From assembly GCA_016874535.1 (NCBI GenBank), contig VGUA01000003.1, forward strand, positions 4,221-68,220: DNA of 64,000 nucleotides, given 5' to 3'. Numbering within the stretch: the stretch's first letter is position 1; each line of letters starts with the position of its first letter. This document shows positions 35,989 to 46,868 of the stretch, one piece after another. Position numbers and translations under genes: made by a program. The notes under the pieces were generated by a model. It saw nothing but the letters and a program-made list of their open reading frames with translations, made no database searches and had not been told where the DNA came from. The stretch is from Gammaproteobacteria bacterium. GTDB taxonomy: Bacteria; Pseudomonadota; Gammaproteobacteria; Ga0077536.

Positions 35989-36563
35989 GCGGGGAGCAGC
36001 CTGTGAAATCCTTGAAGATCAATCGACGCGCCGCTCTCGCACATCTGGGTGGCTTGGCTCTGTGGTGCTGTGTGGGCCGCGCACAAGCCGCACCCACGGC
36101 CGCGGAGGTGGATCAGATGCGCAAGCACTGGCGCGAGCTGCTGAATCCAAGGGCCGAGATAGACACCTCACTCACGCCGGTGCGCAAATCAGCCGAGGAA
36201 TGGCGCAAGCTGCTGCCCAAGGAGAGCTATGAGGTGTTGTTCAAGGAGGACACCGAGGAGCCCTACTCCAACCATCTCAATCAGGAAAAACGCGACGGCG
36301 TTTATGTCTGCCGGGCCTGCTCACTGCCCCTGTTCACCTCTGCGATGAAATACGACAGTGGCACCGGCTGGCCAAGCTTTTTTGCCAGCATCCCGGGTCA
36401 TATGGAGACCAAGGAAGACAACTTCTTGTGGATTCCGCGCACGGAATACCATTGCGTGCGCTGCGGAGGTCATCAGGGGCATGTGTTCGATGATGGTCCG
36501 CCACCCACCCGCGAGCGCTGGTGTAACAACGGACTCGCGCTGCGCTTCATCGCGCTGAAGTAA
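35985..36563 (+). CDS. msrB: peptide-methionine (R)-S-oxide reductase MsrB with N-terminal twin-arginine-like signal
   Basis: ATG 35985 overlaps the gshA stop (ATGA). N-terminus KINRRAALAHLGGLALWCCVGRAQA/AP. Zn site CRAC...CVRC and catalytic RWCNNG. Confidence 0.88.
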   Translation: MSGEQPVKSLKINRRAALAHLGGLALWCCVGRAQAAPTAAEVDQMRKHWRELLNPRAEIDTSLTPVRKSAEEWRKLLPKESYEVLFKEDTEEPYSNHLNQEKRDGVYVCRACSLPLFTSAMKYDSGTGWPSFFASIPGHMETKEDNFLWIPRTEYHCVRCGGHQGHVFDDGPPPTRERWCNNGLALRFIALK

Positions 36564-36567
36564 ACCC

Positions 36568-37194
36568 TCAATCCGCGTCCAGCGCGAAGAGGGGGATCCC
36601 TGCGCGCCGCGCCAGATAGACTCCCGACCCCACGCGCTGGAAATCCGACTTCAAACGCTCCCGATACCATCTGGCCGGCCGCTTGTAGACCGCGCTGTCG
36701 GTGCGCGTCTGATCGCAGTTCTGCTCCCAGTCTTCCCGCGTCAAGGCCATGAAGAACAGCATGCCGCGACAAAGGCTGCTGATGTTCTGCAGGGCGCGCG
36801 CCGCTTCTTGATTGTCGAGATACTGGATCACATCGTGACAGACCACGAGGTCATAGGGCCGTGGATCGTGGAACTCGGTAACAGAGGATTTGCGCCAGCC
36901 GTAGCGTGAGCAGGCGTAGTCACTGACTTCCACGCCCACGCAGCGAGCACCAGGGAACACCGCATCCAGTGCGCGCAGGAAATAGCCCGCACCGGCACCG
37001 AGATCCAGAATCCGCTTTATTTTCAGATCATGCAGCGCGGCGTAGGCCGCGAGCAGGCGGGCACGCGCAAGATATTCGAGCGGGGCGACCGCACGGGTGC
37101 GCTTTGAAAAGTAGAAACGCTGGAAGTAGCTCTCGTCAAATTTCGCCGAGGGATCAGTCGCCAAGGCGGATTGCCGCGCTGGCTTCTCAACCAC
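36568..37194 (-). CDS. class I SAM-dependent methyltransferase
   Basis: ILDLGAGAGYFLRAL (motif I). The ORF extends to 37245, but that overlaps gloB by 59 nt. GTG 37194 gives an 8-nt overlap. Confidence 0.75.
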   Translation of the reverse strand: MVEKPARQSALATDPSAKFDESYFQRFYFSKRTRAVAPLEYLARARLLAAYAALHDLKIKRILDLGAGAGYFLRALDAVFPGARCVGVEVSDYACSRYGWRKSSVTEFHDPRPYDLVVCHDVIQYLDNQEAARALQNISSLCRGMLFFMALTREDWEQNCDQTRTDSAVYKRPARWYRERLKSDFQRVGSGVYLARRAGIPLFALDAD

Positions 37195-37957
37195 GGAAGG
37201 TGTCCTTGCGGGCGCGCGTGGCGGCGAAGACTTCCACCATGCCATGACCGGTGAGGGCTAGAGTTGCCTGGAGCTCCGGGCTATCCGGACGCAGGAAAGG
37301 ATTGGTGGCCCATTCCTCGGCGAGGGTGGAGGGCACGGTCGGCTGGCTCGCGGCGCGGCGCCCATCGACCTCGCGCATGCGGGCCTGCAAGGCGGCGTTG
37401 CCCGGCTCCATGGCGAGCGCAAAACGGCCATTCGATTGGGTGTATTCATGCGCGCAGAAGACGCGCGTGTCGCCCGGTAGGGCCTTCAGGCGGGACAGGG
37501 AGTCCCACATCTGGGTGGGAGTGCCCTCGAAAAGTCGGCCGCAGCCGAGAGCAAAAAGGGTATCGCCGCAGAAAAGCGCTTTGGCTTCCGCAAACCAAAA
37601 GGCGATATGGCCCCGCGTGTGACCGGGCACGTCGAACACTCGCGCCTTCGATTCTCCCAAGGCGAATTCCTCGCCTTCGCCCAGCGCGAGCGAGATGCCG
37701 GGGATACGTGCAGCATCCGCGCGCGGGCCCACGACCTTGCAGCCCGTGGCCTCGATGAGCGCCTCGTTGCCGCCGACGTGATCCGGGTGGTGGTGGGTGT
37801 TCAGTATCCAGTGCAGTGGCCAGCCGAGGCGGGCCAGTGCCGCGACTACCGGCTCGGGCTCCGCGGGGTCGACCACGCCCACGGTGCCGCTGGCGGCATC
37901 GCGCAGCAGATAGACATAGTTGTCGCTCAGCACGGCCAGTTGTTCGATGTGCAGCAT
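37187..37957 (-). CDS. gloB: hydroxyacylglutathione hydrolase (glyoxalase II)
   Basis: MLHIEQLAVLSDNYVYLL..., NTHHHPDHVGGN (HxHxDH), GHTRGHIAF; 256 aa. Confidence 0.9.
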   Translation of the reverse strand: MLHIEQLAVLSDNYVYLLRDAASGTVGVVDPAEPEPVVAALARLGWPLHWILNTHHHPDHVGGNEALIEATGCKVVGPRADAARIPGISLALGEGEEFALGESKARVFDVPGHTRGHIAFWFAEAKALFCGDTLFALGCGRLFEGTPTQMWDSLSRLKALPGDTRVFCAHEYTQSNGRFALAMEPGNAALQARMREVDGRRAASQPTVPSTLAEEWATNPFLRPDSPELQATLALTGHGMVEVFAATRARKDTFRG

Positions 37958-38058
37958 GGGGTGTTCTCCGCGAATGACCGGAGCTGATTATAGGCCCGGG
38001 GCTTGGCAAATCCTTGTGCAGGCCCTATACGGGAGGGGATTTCAACGGGAAGTCCCGG

Positions 38059-38397
38059 ATGCCACGCTACGATTACCACTGCCCGGCCAACGGTCAGACC
38101 GTGACCGTGCGCCACGGCATCCATGTCGAGCTCGGCACGTGGGGTGAGGTGTGCTACGCGGCCCAGGTGCCCATGGGCGAAACGGATTTCCTGGAGCCCG
38201 TGCACAAGCAACTGTCACCGCCAGCCCTCGCCTTTCCGGTCGGCAACAGCCAGCTGAAGGAGCAGGGCTTCACCAAGCTCGTGAAGCGCGATGAGGGGGT
38301 ATACGAAAACGTGACCCGGGGTGATGGCGAGGCGCGCTACATGCGGGCGGGCGATTCCTCCACCCAACCGGATTTGGCCAAGAAGATTCGCGACTAG
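38059..38397 (+). CDS. FmdB-family zinc-ribbon protein
   Basis: MPRYDYHCPANGQTVTV... is the typical N-terminal zinc-ribbon signature. Start chosen at 38059. Confidence 0.65.
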   Translation: MPRYDYHCPANGQTVTVRHGIHVELGTWGEVCYAAQVPMGETDFLEPVHKQLSPPALAFPVGNSQLKEQGFTKLVKRDEGVYENVTRGDGEARYMRAGDSSTQPDLAKKIRD

Positions 38398-38542
38398 AGC
38401 AACGACCTGGCCAGTCTCTGAGTGGCACAGGCGTGCCTTGGTCAAACAGAACCTTCACGCAGCCGTTAGGGAGTGCTTCGCCGCAAACTCCAGCACCGCT
38501 CTTACCTGAGCAAGCCTTACGCCCGGAAAGAGCAAGGACCCA

Positions 38543-38613
38543 ATAAAAAACCCCGGTACCGCGAACGGTCCGGGGTTCTTCGGGTGCCTCCGTCGGCCTT
38601 GCGACCGACGGAG
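38543..38613 (-). terminator. groEL terminator region (two hairpins)
   Basis: On the minus strand after the groEL stop there are two hairpins. First CTCCGTCGG-N8-CCGACGGAG (38588-38613). Then AACCCCGGACCG-TTCG-CGGTACCGGGGTT followed by TTTTTATT (38578-38543), a classical intrinsic terminator. Confidence 0.65.
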
Positions 38614-38633
38614 ACTGACCAGACCTTACGGTC

Positions 38634-40298
<1,665 letters not shown>

Positions 40299-40307
40299 TT
40301 ATGTGGC

Positions 40308-40595
40308 TTAGCCGAGGATGGCCATGATGTCGTCTTCACGCATCACGACGTATTCGACGCCTTCGACCTTGACCTCGGTGCCCGAGTACTTGCCAAAGAG
40401 GACCTTGTCGCCAACCTTCACGTCCAGCATGCGAACCTGGCCATTGTCCAGGACCTTGCCGTTGCCGACGCCGACGACTTCGCCCCGGATGGGCTTCTCG
40501 GCGGCGGAATCGGGGATCACGATGCCGCCCGGGGAGGTCTTTTCTTCTTCCAGGCGCTTGACCAGGACGCGGTCATGCAATGGGCGAATTTTCAT
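40308..40595 (-). CDS. groES: co-chaperonin GroES
   Basis: [18 protein letters not shown]...[13 protein letters not shown]...; 95 aa. Confidence 0.97.
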   Translation of the reverse strand: MKIRPLHDRVLVKRLEEEKTSPGGIVIPDSAAEKPIRGEVVGVGNGKVLDNGQVRMLDVKVGDKVLFGKYSGTEVKVEGVEYVVMREDDIMAILG

Positions 40596-40650
40596 ATCGC
40601 TATGTCTCCTTAACTGACACTTGTTGGTTAGGATGCCAATAGAGAACCTA

Positions 40651-40677
40651 TTAGCACTCGATGACGAGTAGTGCTAA
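40651..40677 (-). promoter_or_regulatory. CIRCE operator (HrcA binding site)
   Basis: TTAGCACTC-N9-TAGTGCTAA against consensus TTAGCACTC-N9-GAGTGCTAA (17/18 match). It lies 56-82 nt upstream of the groES ATG. Confidence 0.75.
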
Positions 40678-40706
40678 TAGTAGGGACGACCTGCTCCGGT
40701 TTCAAG
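40677..40706 (-). promoter_or_regulatory. sigma-32-like heat-shock promoter
   Basis: The minus strand reads CTTGAAA-N14-CCCTACTAT against consensus CTTGAAA-N13/14-CCCCATNT. The -10 element abuts the CIRCE site. Confidence 0.5.
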
Positions 40707-40739
40707 CGGGGCGGCCCCACCAAGAGGAGGAGAGCGCGC

Positions 40740-41261
40740 ATGAGAAGCAGAGGCACAGCCTCGTTGCCGGCACTGATGCTGGCCCTGTTACTGGGGACGT
40801 CCGGTGTCCACGCGGAGGAAGCGGCCTGCCGGATCGAGGCCGGCGGACTCCAGATTGCAGTGCGCAGCCAAGCCGATGATGGGCTGTGGGGTCCCACCCT
40901 GGAGATCGAAATCGCCGACGCCCTGCAACCCCTGACCCGACTCATGGCACCCGAGTCCCGCCCGGTGGAAGCCTGCTGGTGGACGGTGCTGGCGGACGAT
41001 CCCGTCCAGACGCTGGTCATCGGGCTGGGGGCGGATGCCACCACGCCCGGAGGCGCCCTGCGCTTTGCCTGGCAGGGGGGACACCTGCAACGGCGGGACA
41101 TCCCTGATTTGCCCCTGACCGCCGGAGCTGCCTATCGGCATGTCGTTCGCGACCGTCACCTCGAGGCGCATCCGCTGCCGGACAAGGACGGGCGGCCCAG
41201 TCTCGCGCCCTATTGGCGCCTCGCAGGTGAGCGCTGGTCCCAGGCGACCACATCGCCCTGA
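40740..41261 (+). CDS. hypothetical exported protein
   Basis: AGGAGG RBS then ATG 40740. Signal peptide MRSRGTASLPALMLALLLGTSGVHA/EE. No recognisable family. Confidence 0.55.
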   Translation: MRSRGTASLPALMLALLLGTSGVHAEEAACRIEAGGLQIAVRSQADDGLWGPTLEIEIADALQPLTRLMAPESRPVEACWWTVLADDPVQTLVIGLGADATTPGGALRFAWQGGHLQRRDIPDLPLTAGAAYRHVVRDRHLEAHPLPDKDGRPSLAPYWRLAGERWSQATTSP

Positions 41262-41292
41262 GCGGATCGCCCGGCGAGAGCGGCGGACGCGG

Positions 41293-41321
41293 TTGGCGGG
41301 GGATCGGGCTCTGCCTATAAT
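41293..41321 (+). promoter_or_regulatory. sigma-70-like promoter
   Basis: TTGGCG-17 nt-TATAAT, about 57 nt upstream of the Sel1-repeat gene start. Confidence 0.45.
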
Positions 41322-41377
41322 CGCGGCCGTTTCCACCCGCCTGCAGCGCCATCATCAAACGTTCCATCGCCCGTCTC

Positions 41378-42517
41378 GTGGCCCGCAAGGCCACCTCCGC
41401 CACATCGCGGTGGCTCCTGCTGGCCTGCCTCGCCTGTGCGCAGGGCGTGAACGCGGCCACCCTCGAGGAGGCTGCTGCTGCGCAAGCTCCTGGCGATTTG
41501 CCCGTGGCCATTCCCATGCTGAGCTCCCTTGCCGAAAGCGGGAATGCCGAAGCAATGGTGCGTCTGGGCGCGCTGTACCAGAAGGGCGAAGGGGTGAGCC
41601 GGGACGCCACTCAGGCCGCCGCGCTCTACACGCGTGCGGCTGCGGCCGGCAATGCGGAAGCCCAGTTCAATCTTGGCAACATGTACCTGCTGGGCGAGGG
41701 TGTGCCACAGGATGATGACTGGGCCTTCACTTATTACCGTCAGGCGGCCGCCCAGGGCCATGAACTGGCGGGCAAGAATGTGAGCGAGTTCTATCGCGCG
41801 GCCGGGATGCAGCCGCCAGCCATGCCTGCGCTGCCGGCCGGTGGTGCCGCAGCGCTGCCCGCGACCCTGCCCCAGGCGCGGGACGCCGCTACGGCTACCG
41901 ATGACGAGGAGATGACCGCCCCGGCAGATTCCGTGGTCGGCCTCATCCCGAGCAAGGTATCGGCGGATGAACTCCGCGCCATGGAGCTCGCCCGTGCGCA
42001 CGGGATTCATCTGGAGCGGGTGCCGGTGGTGGCCGGCATGGCGCTTCCAGAACCCGGCCCACCGCCGCCGGAGCCCCAGCCGACACCTTCACAAGTCGGG
42101 GCGATCGAAGACAGCAGGCCAGCAGCGAACACGCCCTCCAGCACCGCTGCCAGCTCCGCGCAGTCGCCCGAGACGCTGGCCCGCCTCACACGCACCGAAC
42201 TGGAGGTGCTGGCGGATGGGGGCAATGCAGGCGCCCGGCTCGTGCTCGCGCAGCGCGCCGGAGCCGCCAAGCAGGAGGGCGAGGCACGCATGTGGCTGAC
42301 CAAGGCCGCAAAGGGCGGCAATCCGGACGCCCAGTTTGCGCTGGGCGAGTCCTATCGTCGCGGCCAGAAACCGGACGAAGTGGAATCGATCAGCTGGTAC
42401 CGCGCGGCGGCCCGCCAGGGCCACGCGGGTGCACTGAAAGCACTGGAAGAGATGTACCGCGAAGCCGGCCTGACCATGCCACCTCTTGGGGTCGCGCCGC
42501 CGGCTGGCACGCCATGA
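41378..42517 (+). CDS. Sel1-like (SLR/TPR) repeat protein, secreted
   Basis: Signal peptide. Repeats such as GNAEAMVRLGALYQKGEGVSRDATQAAALYTRAAAAGNAEAQFNLGNMYLLGEGVPQD, and again near the C-terminus (GNPDAQFALGESYRRG...). Confidence 0.8.
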   Translation: MARKATSATSRWLLLACLACAQGVNAATLEEAAAAQAPGDLPVAIPMLSSLAESGNAEAMVRLGALYQKGEGVSRDATQAAALYTRAAAAGNAEAQFNLGNMYLLGEGVPQDDDWAFTYYRQAAAQGHELAGKNVSEFYRAAGMQPPAMPALPAGGAAALPATLPQARDAATATDDEEMTAPADSVVGLIPSKVSADELRAMELARAHGIHLERVPVVAGMALPEPGPPPPEPQPTPSQVGAIEDSRPAANTPSSTAASSAQSPETLARLTRTELEVLADGGNAGARLVLAQRAGAAKQEGEARMWLTKAAKGGNPDAQFALGESYRRGQKPDEVESISWYRAAARQGHAGALKALEEMYREAGLTMPPLGVAPPAGTP

Positions 42518-42572
42518 AAGGCCTCGTGAAAGACCCAATGAGAAACTGGATGAAAGGGTGGGGCCACACCTG

Positions 42573-43196
42573 ATGTCTGCGGGTAGCCGCCTCAGGACGC
42601 GCTTTGAGGATTTTCTCGACAAGTCCTGCGGGCTCAGCCTCGCCCGCGAACGCATCCTCGAAGCCGCCACCGGCCATGTGCTGGAGCTCGGTGGCGAGAC
42701 GGGTGCGAATCTCGCACTCTATCCGCGCACCATCACTTCCATCACCAGCCTGGTCAGCTCGCGCAGAGGTCAGGCGACCATCCGGCGCACGGCACGTCAT
42801 CTGCCCTTCTCGGTCGACCGTCGCGAGGGGCGGCTCGATGCCATGCCCGTGAAGGACGAAGCCTACGACACGGTGGTCAGCACATTCGCACTCTCGAGGG
42901 CAATAGAACCGGCAGAGGTGCTGAGCGAGATCCGTCGGGTGCTGCGCCCGGGCGGGCGGCTCCTGTTCATCGAGCACGGTCAAAGCGGGGATCCGGCCAC
43001 TGCCCGCCTGCAACAGCGCTGGGCCTTCCTGCATCGTTTGCTGAATGGCGCGCAACAGCCGCTGCGCGACCTCGACGAACTGGTGACGGAGGCGGGTTTC
43101 GATCTCCGGCACTTTGAAGAAAATCTGCTGGAGCGCGTGCCGCGCGGGCTCAGCTGTCTGCACGAGGGGATCGCGCTGGCGCCGACCGCTTCCTGA
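42573..43196 (+). CDS. class I SAM-dependent methyltransferase
   Basis: HVLELGGETGANL (motif I), RRVLRPGGRLLFIEH. Start chosen at ATG 42573. Confidence 0.75.
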   Translation: MSAGSRLRTRFEDFLDKSCGLSLARERILEAATGHVLELGGETGANLALYPRTITSITSLVSSRRGQATIRRTARHLPFSVDRREGRLDAMPVKDEAYDTVVSTFALSRAIEPAEVLSEIRRVLRPGGRLLFIEHGQSGDPATARLQQRWAFLHRLLNGAQQPLRDLDELVTEAGFDLRHFEENLLERVPRGLSCLHEGIALAPTAS

Positions 43197-43211
43197 TCGG
43201 TGCGCCAGGCG

Positions 43212-44087
43212 TCAGCGACCGGAACGCAGGCGTGCGGCTATGGCCGCAACCTTGTCCAGCGCGGCGTCGATGTCCTGCTCGCCCGGTGGGATCAGGAAAA
43301 TCAGCTTGGAATAACCCTGCGCCAGAAACATCTCGCACTCGCCGGCATCCCACGGCGCATCCATCAAGGTGAGAGTGAGGTCCGCGAATGACCTGCCACG
43401 CCGAGCGCAGGCTTCCCGCAGATCCTCCACGGCATCGCCCGGGTAACGACCGTTGTAGACGATCCAGCCATCCGCATAGTCCGCCACCCGCGCGGGTACC
43501 TGTTTCGAATTCGAACCTATCCAGACCGGTGGCCCGCCGCGTTGCACGGGTTTGGGGAAGGATCGCATGGGCTCGAAATCCACGAATTCACCGTGATACT
43601 CGGCCGGATCCTCACGCCAGATGGTCCGCATGGCGAGTGTGCGCTCGCGGACGATCTGCCAGCGCTGCCTGAACGGTGAGCCATGGTTGCGCATGGCCTC
43701 ATCGAGCGCGCCACCTGCCACGCCCAGAATCACGCGCCCGCCTGAAAGCAGATCGAGCGACGCCACCGCCTTGGCCGTGTTGATGGGATCGCGATGGGTC
43801 ATGAGGCAGACACCAAAGCCGAGCAGCAGGCGACTGGTGACGGCAGCCGCCGCGCTCAGTGCAACGAAGGGGTCGTAGAGGCGAGACAGCGGGTCGAGCA
43901 AAGCTTCCGCGTAGGGCCACTCCTTGTCGCGCTTCACCGGAATATGGCTGTTTTCCGGCAGGAACAGCATGTCCAGCCCACGCGCTTCCACCGCCTGCGC
44001 AAGCATGGTGGGCGTATGACTCTTGTCGGTGGCCAGCAGGCACACGCCGAACAGGCGTGTGTGGTTGCCGGCAGCAGCGCTCAGCAT
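43212..44087 (-). CDS. LLM-class (luciferase-like) flavin/F420-dependent oxidoreductase
   Basis: ...FGVCLLATDKSHTPTMLAQAVEARGLDMLFLPENSHIP...LLSGGRVILGVAGG...PVWIGSNS.... ATG 44087; the remainder of ORF 43212..44600 looks non-coding. Confidence 0.8.
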   Translation of the reverse strand: MLSAAAGNHTRLFGVCLLATDKSHTPTMLAQAVEARGLDMLFLPENSHIPVKRDKEWPYAEALLDPLSRLYDPFVALSAAAAVTSRLLLGFGVCLMTHRDPINTAKAVASLDLLSGGRVILGVAGGALDEAMRNHGSPFRQRWQIVRERTLAMRTIWREDPAEYHGEFVDFEPMRSFPKPVQRGGPPVWIGSNSKQVPARVADYADGWIVYNGRYPGDAVEDLREACARRGRSFADLTLTLMDAPWDAGECEMFLAQGYSKLIFLIPPGEQDIDAALDKVAAIAARLRSGR

Positions 44088-44225
44088 GGGGTGACTCTCC
44101 GTGCTCTCGATTCTGTGGCGTGCTCGTGGACACCGGGCGCCCCGCGGCTGAAATGACCGGCTGTTTTGCGTATCCTTGCCAGTCTCGCATCCGGCATGAA
44201 GCCCGTCATCCCTCCCTTGAGCCCG

Positions 44226-46868
44226 ATGAATTCCACCCTTCGCCAACTGCCCGGCCGGGCCACTGCCGTCCTGGTCGGTTTTTCGGTGCGCCACGCCTGG
44301 CTGGTGTTGTTGCTGGCGGCTCTCGGCACCTGGGGTGCGCTCACTTACACGGCCGGCCATCTCGCCATCGATACCGATACGGCCAACATGCTCGATCCCG
44401 AGTTGCCGCACCGACAGGCGCATCGCCGCTTTCGCGCGGCATTCCCCGCCCAGACCGGCGATGTGGTGGTGTTCACGGAAGCAGCCAGTGCCGGCGCTGC
44501 CGAAGATGCCGCGGATGCGCTGGCAGCAAGGCTGGCAGAACGCCCTGACATCGCCATGGCGGTCGAGCGGCCCGGTGCAGGCGAATTTTTTGCCACGCAT
44601 GGGCTGCTGTATCTGGACACGGATGAGCTGTGGTCACTGGATGAACGCCTGCAGTCCGCGGAGCCTTTTCTCGGGACCCTGGCCCATGACCCCAGCCTGC
44701 GCGGCATCTTCGCGACCCTGGGTAAGGGTCTCGACACCGAACTGGACGAAGCCCAGCAGGACATGCTGCAGCGCATGTTCGATCGCGTGAGCGAAGCGAC
44801 CGAACGTCTGGTGGCGGGCGACGCGCGTCCCGTGCGCTGGCGTGACGAGCTTTTCGCGGAAGACGACGATGCAGGGAAGCTGCATCGCGCCTTTGTGCTG
44901 GTGGATCCGGCCCTGGCTGATCGCGACTTCCAGCCCGAGCTGCCCGGGATAGACGCGCTGCGCACGCTGCTCGCTACGCTCGCCAAGGAACATCCCGAGG
45001 CGCGTTTCCGGCTTACCGGCTCGGCCGTCATGGACGCCGAGGAGCTGAAGACCGTGGCGGACGATGCCAAGCTCACCACGGCCCTGTCCTTCGCGCTGGT
45101 CGCCGTGGTGCTCGCGATAGGTCTGCGCTCTCCGACCCTGGTGACGGGCGTTCTCATCACACTCGCCTGCGGTCTCATCTGGACTGCGGCCTTCGCCACT
45201 GCCGCCGTGGGTGCGCTCAACATCATCTCGGTATGTTTCGCGGTGCTGTTCATCGGCATGGGCGTGGATTTCGGCATCCAGTTCACCATGCGTTATCTGG
45301 AGCAGACGGATCGCGGCATGGCCCGCAGCCAAGCGCTGACCGCCGCCGCCGAGGGCGCGGGTGGCGCACTCGCGCTGGCGGCCGTGGGGGCTGCCATCTG
45401 CTTTTTCGTGTTTGTGCCGACGTCCTATCTGGGACTTGCCCAGCTCGGCATCATCTCCGGCTGGAGCATGGTCATCGCCTGGTTTGCCAATCTGACAGTA
45501 CTGCCGGCCCTGCTGCGCTTTCTGCCGATCCCCGCCCGGCGGGAGCAACAGGCCGCCGTCACGGGAGTCGGGCAGAGCTGGGTGCAGAGACACCATCGTG
45601 GCGTGTTGTGGGTTTCCGGGGCCTTGGTGCTGGCGAGCCTCTGCGCACTGCCATTCATGCGCTTTGACCTCAATCCACTCAATCTCAAGGACGGTGCCAC
45701 CGATGGCGTGGCGGCCTTTCGCGATCTCGCGAGCGATCCCGACAGCTCTCCCTATCCCATCCAGGTGCTTGCGCCTGCACTGGACGAAGCCGTGGCACTG
45801 GCCGCCCGACTCGAAGCCCTGCCCGAAGTGGACAAGGCGATCACGCTCGAGAGCTACGTGCCCTCGGCGCAGGACGAGAAGCTCGAAATCATTTCCGGCA
45901 TGAATATGGCGCTGGCCGATGCCCTCAGCCTGCAAGAGGACACAGTCCCGGTCGCGATTGCCGAAGAAGCAGCCGCGTTCTCCCGCTTTCAGGCAACCCT
46001 GACGCAAGCGCAGGGGCGCGTGGTGCCCGGGTCGCCCTTCGGCAAAAGCCTTTCTAGGCTGGACTCCGCGTTGCGCGCAGTGGAAACGGCGCCCGGCACG
46101 CTCGAAGAAACCTTGCCGGCTTTGCGGCGCCAGCTCGTGGGCGACCTCGGCGCCACCTTGCGCAAACTGTCACAACTGCTGGAAGCGGGGGAAGTGTCTC
46201 TGGATTCACTGCCACAGGATCTGCGCGAGCGCTGGGTTGCTGCTGATGGCCAGGCGCGCATTCAGGTGATGCCGAGCGTGGATTTGAATGCGCCCGGTGC
46301 CATCCGGGCGCTCGCTGAAGCGGTGCAGACGGTCGCGCCCTCCGCCACCGAAGCTCCGGTGGAGCTGCATGAGGGAGCGCGCGCAGTGATCCAGGCCTGC
46401 ATCAGCGCCTCGCTGTGGGCGCTGCTGCTCACCATCATCCTGCACCATCTGGTGCTGCATGGGCTGCGCGATGCGCTGCTCGTTGCGGCACCCTTGGTGG
46501 TTGCGATGCTGCTCACGGTTGCCACTTCGGTGGTGTTCTCGGTGCCGTTCAATTTCGCGAACATCATCGCGCTGCCCCTGCTCATCGGCCTCAACAACGC
46601 CTACGGCGCTTATCTGGTCGTGCGCAAGGGACACACAGCCGATGTGCACAGCCTGCTCTCCAGCAGCACGCCGCGCGCGATTCTCTTCAGCGGACTCACC
46701 GCCATTGCGTCCTTCGGCGTGCTTGCGATCTCCAAGCACCCCGGCATGGCCGGGATGGGCGTGCTCATCAGTGTGTCGCTGAGCTACGCCATCCTGAGCG
46801 CACTCATCGTCCTGCCAGCCTTGATGGCAGCACTCGACGCGCGCGGGCATTCACGTCTGCAACCATGA
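44226..46868 (+). CDS. MMPL/RND-superfamily transporter (HpnN-like architecture)
   Basis: About 880 aa with two blocks of TM helices separated by large loops. The N-terminus ...HLAIDTDTANMLDPELPHRQAHRRFRAAFPAQ resembles HpnN-type exporters. Start is ambiguous (44166, 44196 or 44226). Confidence 0.8.
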   Translation: MNSTLRQLPGRATAVLVGFSVRHAWLVLLLAALGTWGALTYTAGHLAIDTDTANMLDPELPHRQAHRRFRAAFPAQTGDVVVFTEAASAGAAEDAADALAARLAERPDIAMAVERPGAGEFFATHGLLYLDTDELWSLDERLQSAEPFLGTLAHDPSLRGIFATLGKGLDTELDEAQQDMLQRMFDRVSEATERLVAGDARPVRWRDELFAEDDDAGKLHRAFVLVDPALADRDFQPELPGIDALRTLLATLAKEHPEARFRLTGSAVMDAEELKTVADDAKLTTALSFALVAVVLAIGLRSPTLVTGVLITLACGLIWTAAFATAAVGALNIISVCFAVLFIGMGVDFGIQFTMRYLEQTDRGMARSQALTAAAEGAGGALALAAVGAAICFFVFVPTSYLGLAQLGIISGWSMVIAWFANLTVLPALLRFLPIPARREQQAAVTGVGQSWVQRHHRGVLWVSGALVLASLCALPFMRFDLNPLNLKDGATDGVAAFRDLASDPDSSPYPIQVLAPALDEAVALAARLEALPEVDKAITLESYVPSAQDEKLEIISGMNMALADALSLQEDTVPVAIAEEAAAFSRFQATLTQAQGRVVPGSPFGKSLSRLDSALRAVETAPGTLEETLPALRRQLVGDLGATLRKLSQLLEAGEVSLDSLPQDLRERWVAADGQARIQVMPSVDLNAPGAIRALAEAVQTVAPSATEAPVELHEGARAVIQACISASLWALLLTIILHHLVLHGLRDALLVAAPLVVAMLLTVATSVVFSVPFNFANIIALPLLIGLNNAYGAYLVVRKGHTADVHSLLSSSTPRAILFSGLTAIASFGVLAISKHPGMAGMGVLISVSLSYAILSALIVLPALMAALDARGHSRLQP

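Noticed and set aside
35985-36563. Search for further selenoproteins: in-frame TGA in MsrB, in the thioredoxin-fold protein and in other redox genes.
   Set aside because: MsrB uses Cys (RWCNNG), and the Trx-fold protein has Cys in CPTC and CGS. None of the other collinear same-frame ORF pairs separated by a single TGA was convincing.
44226-46868. Calling the MMPL transporter HpnN, a hopanoid exporter.
   Set aside because: Only general architecture and an N-terminal motif resemble HpnN. There are no hopanoid biosynthesis genes (shc, hpnH and so on) in the window, so I kept the call at superfamily level.
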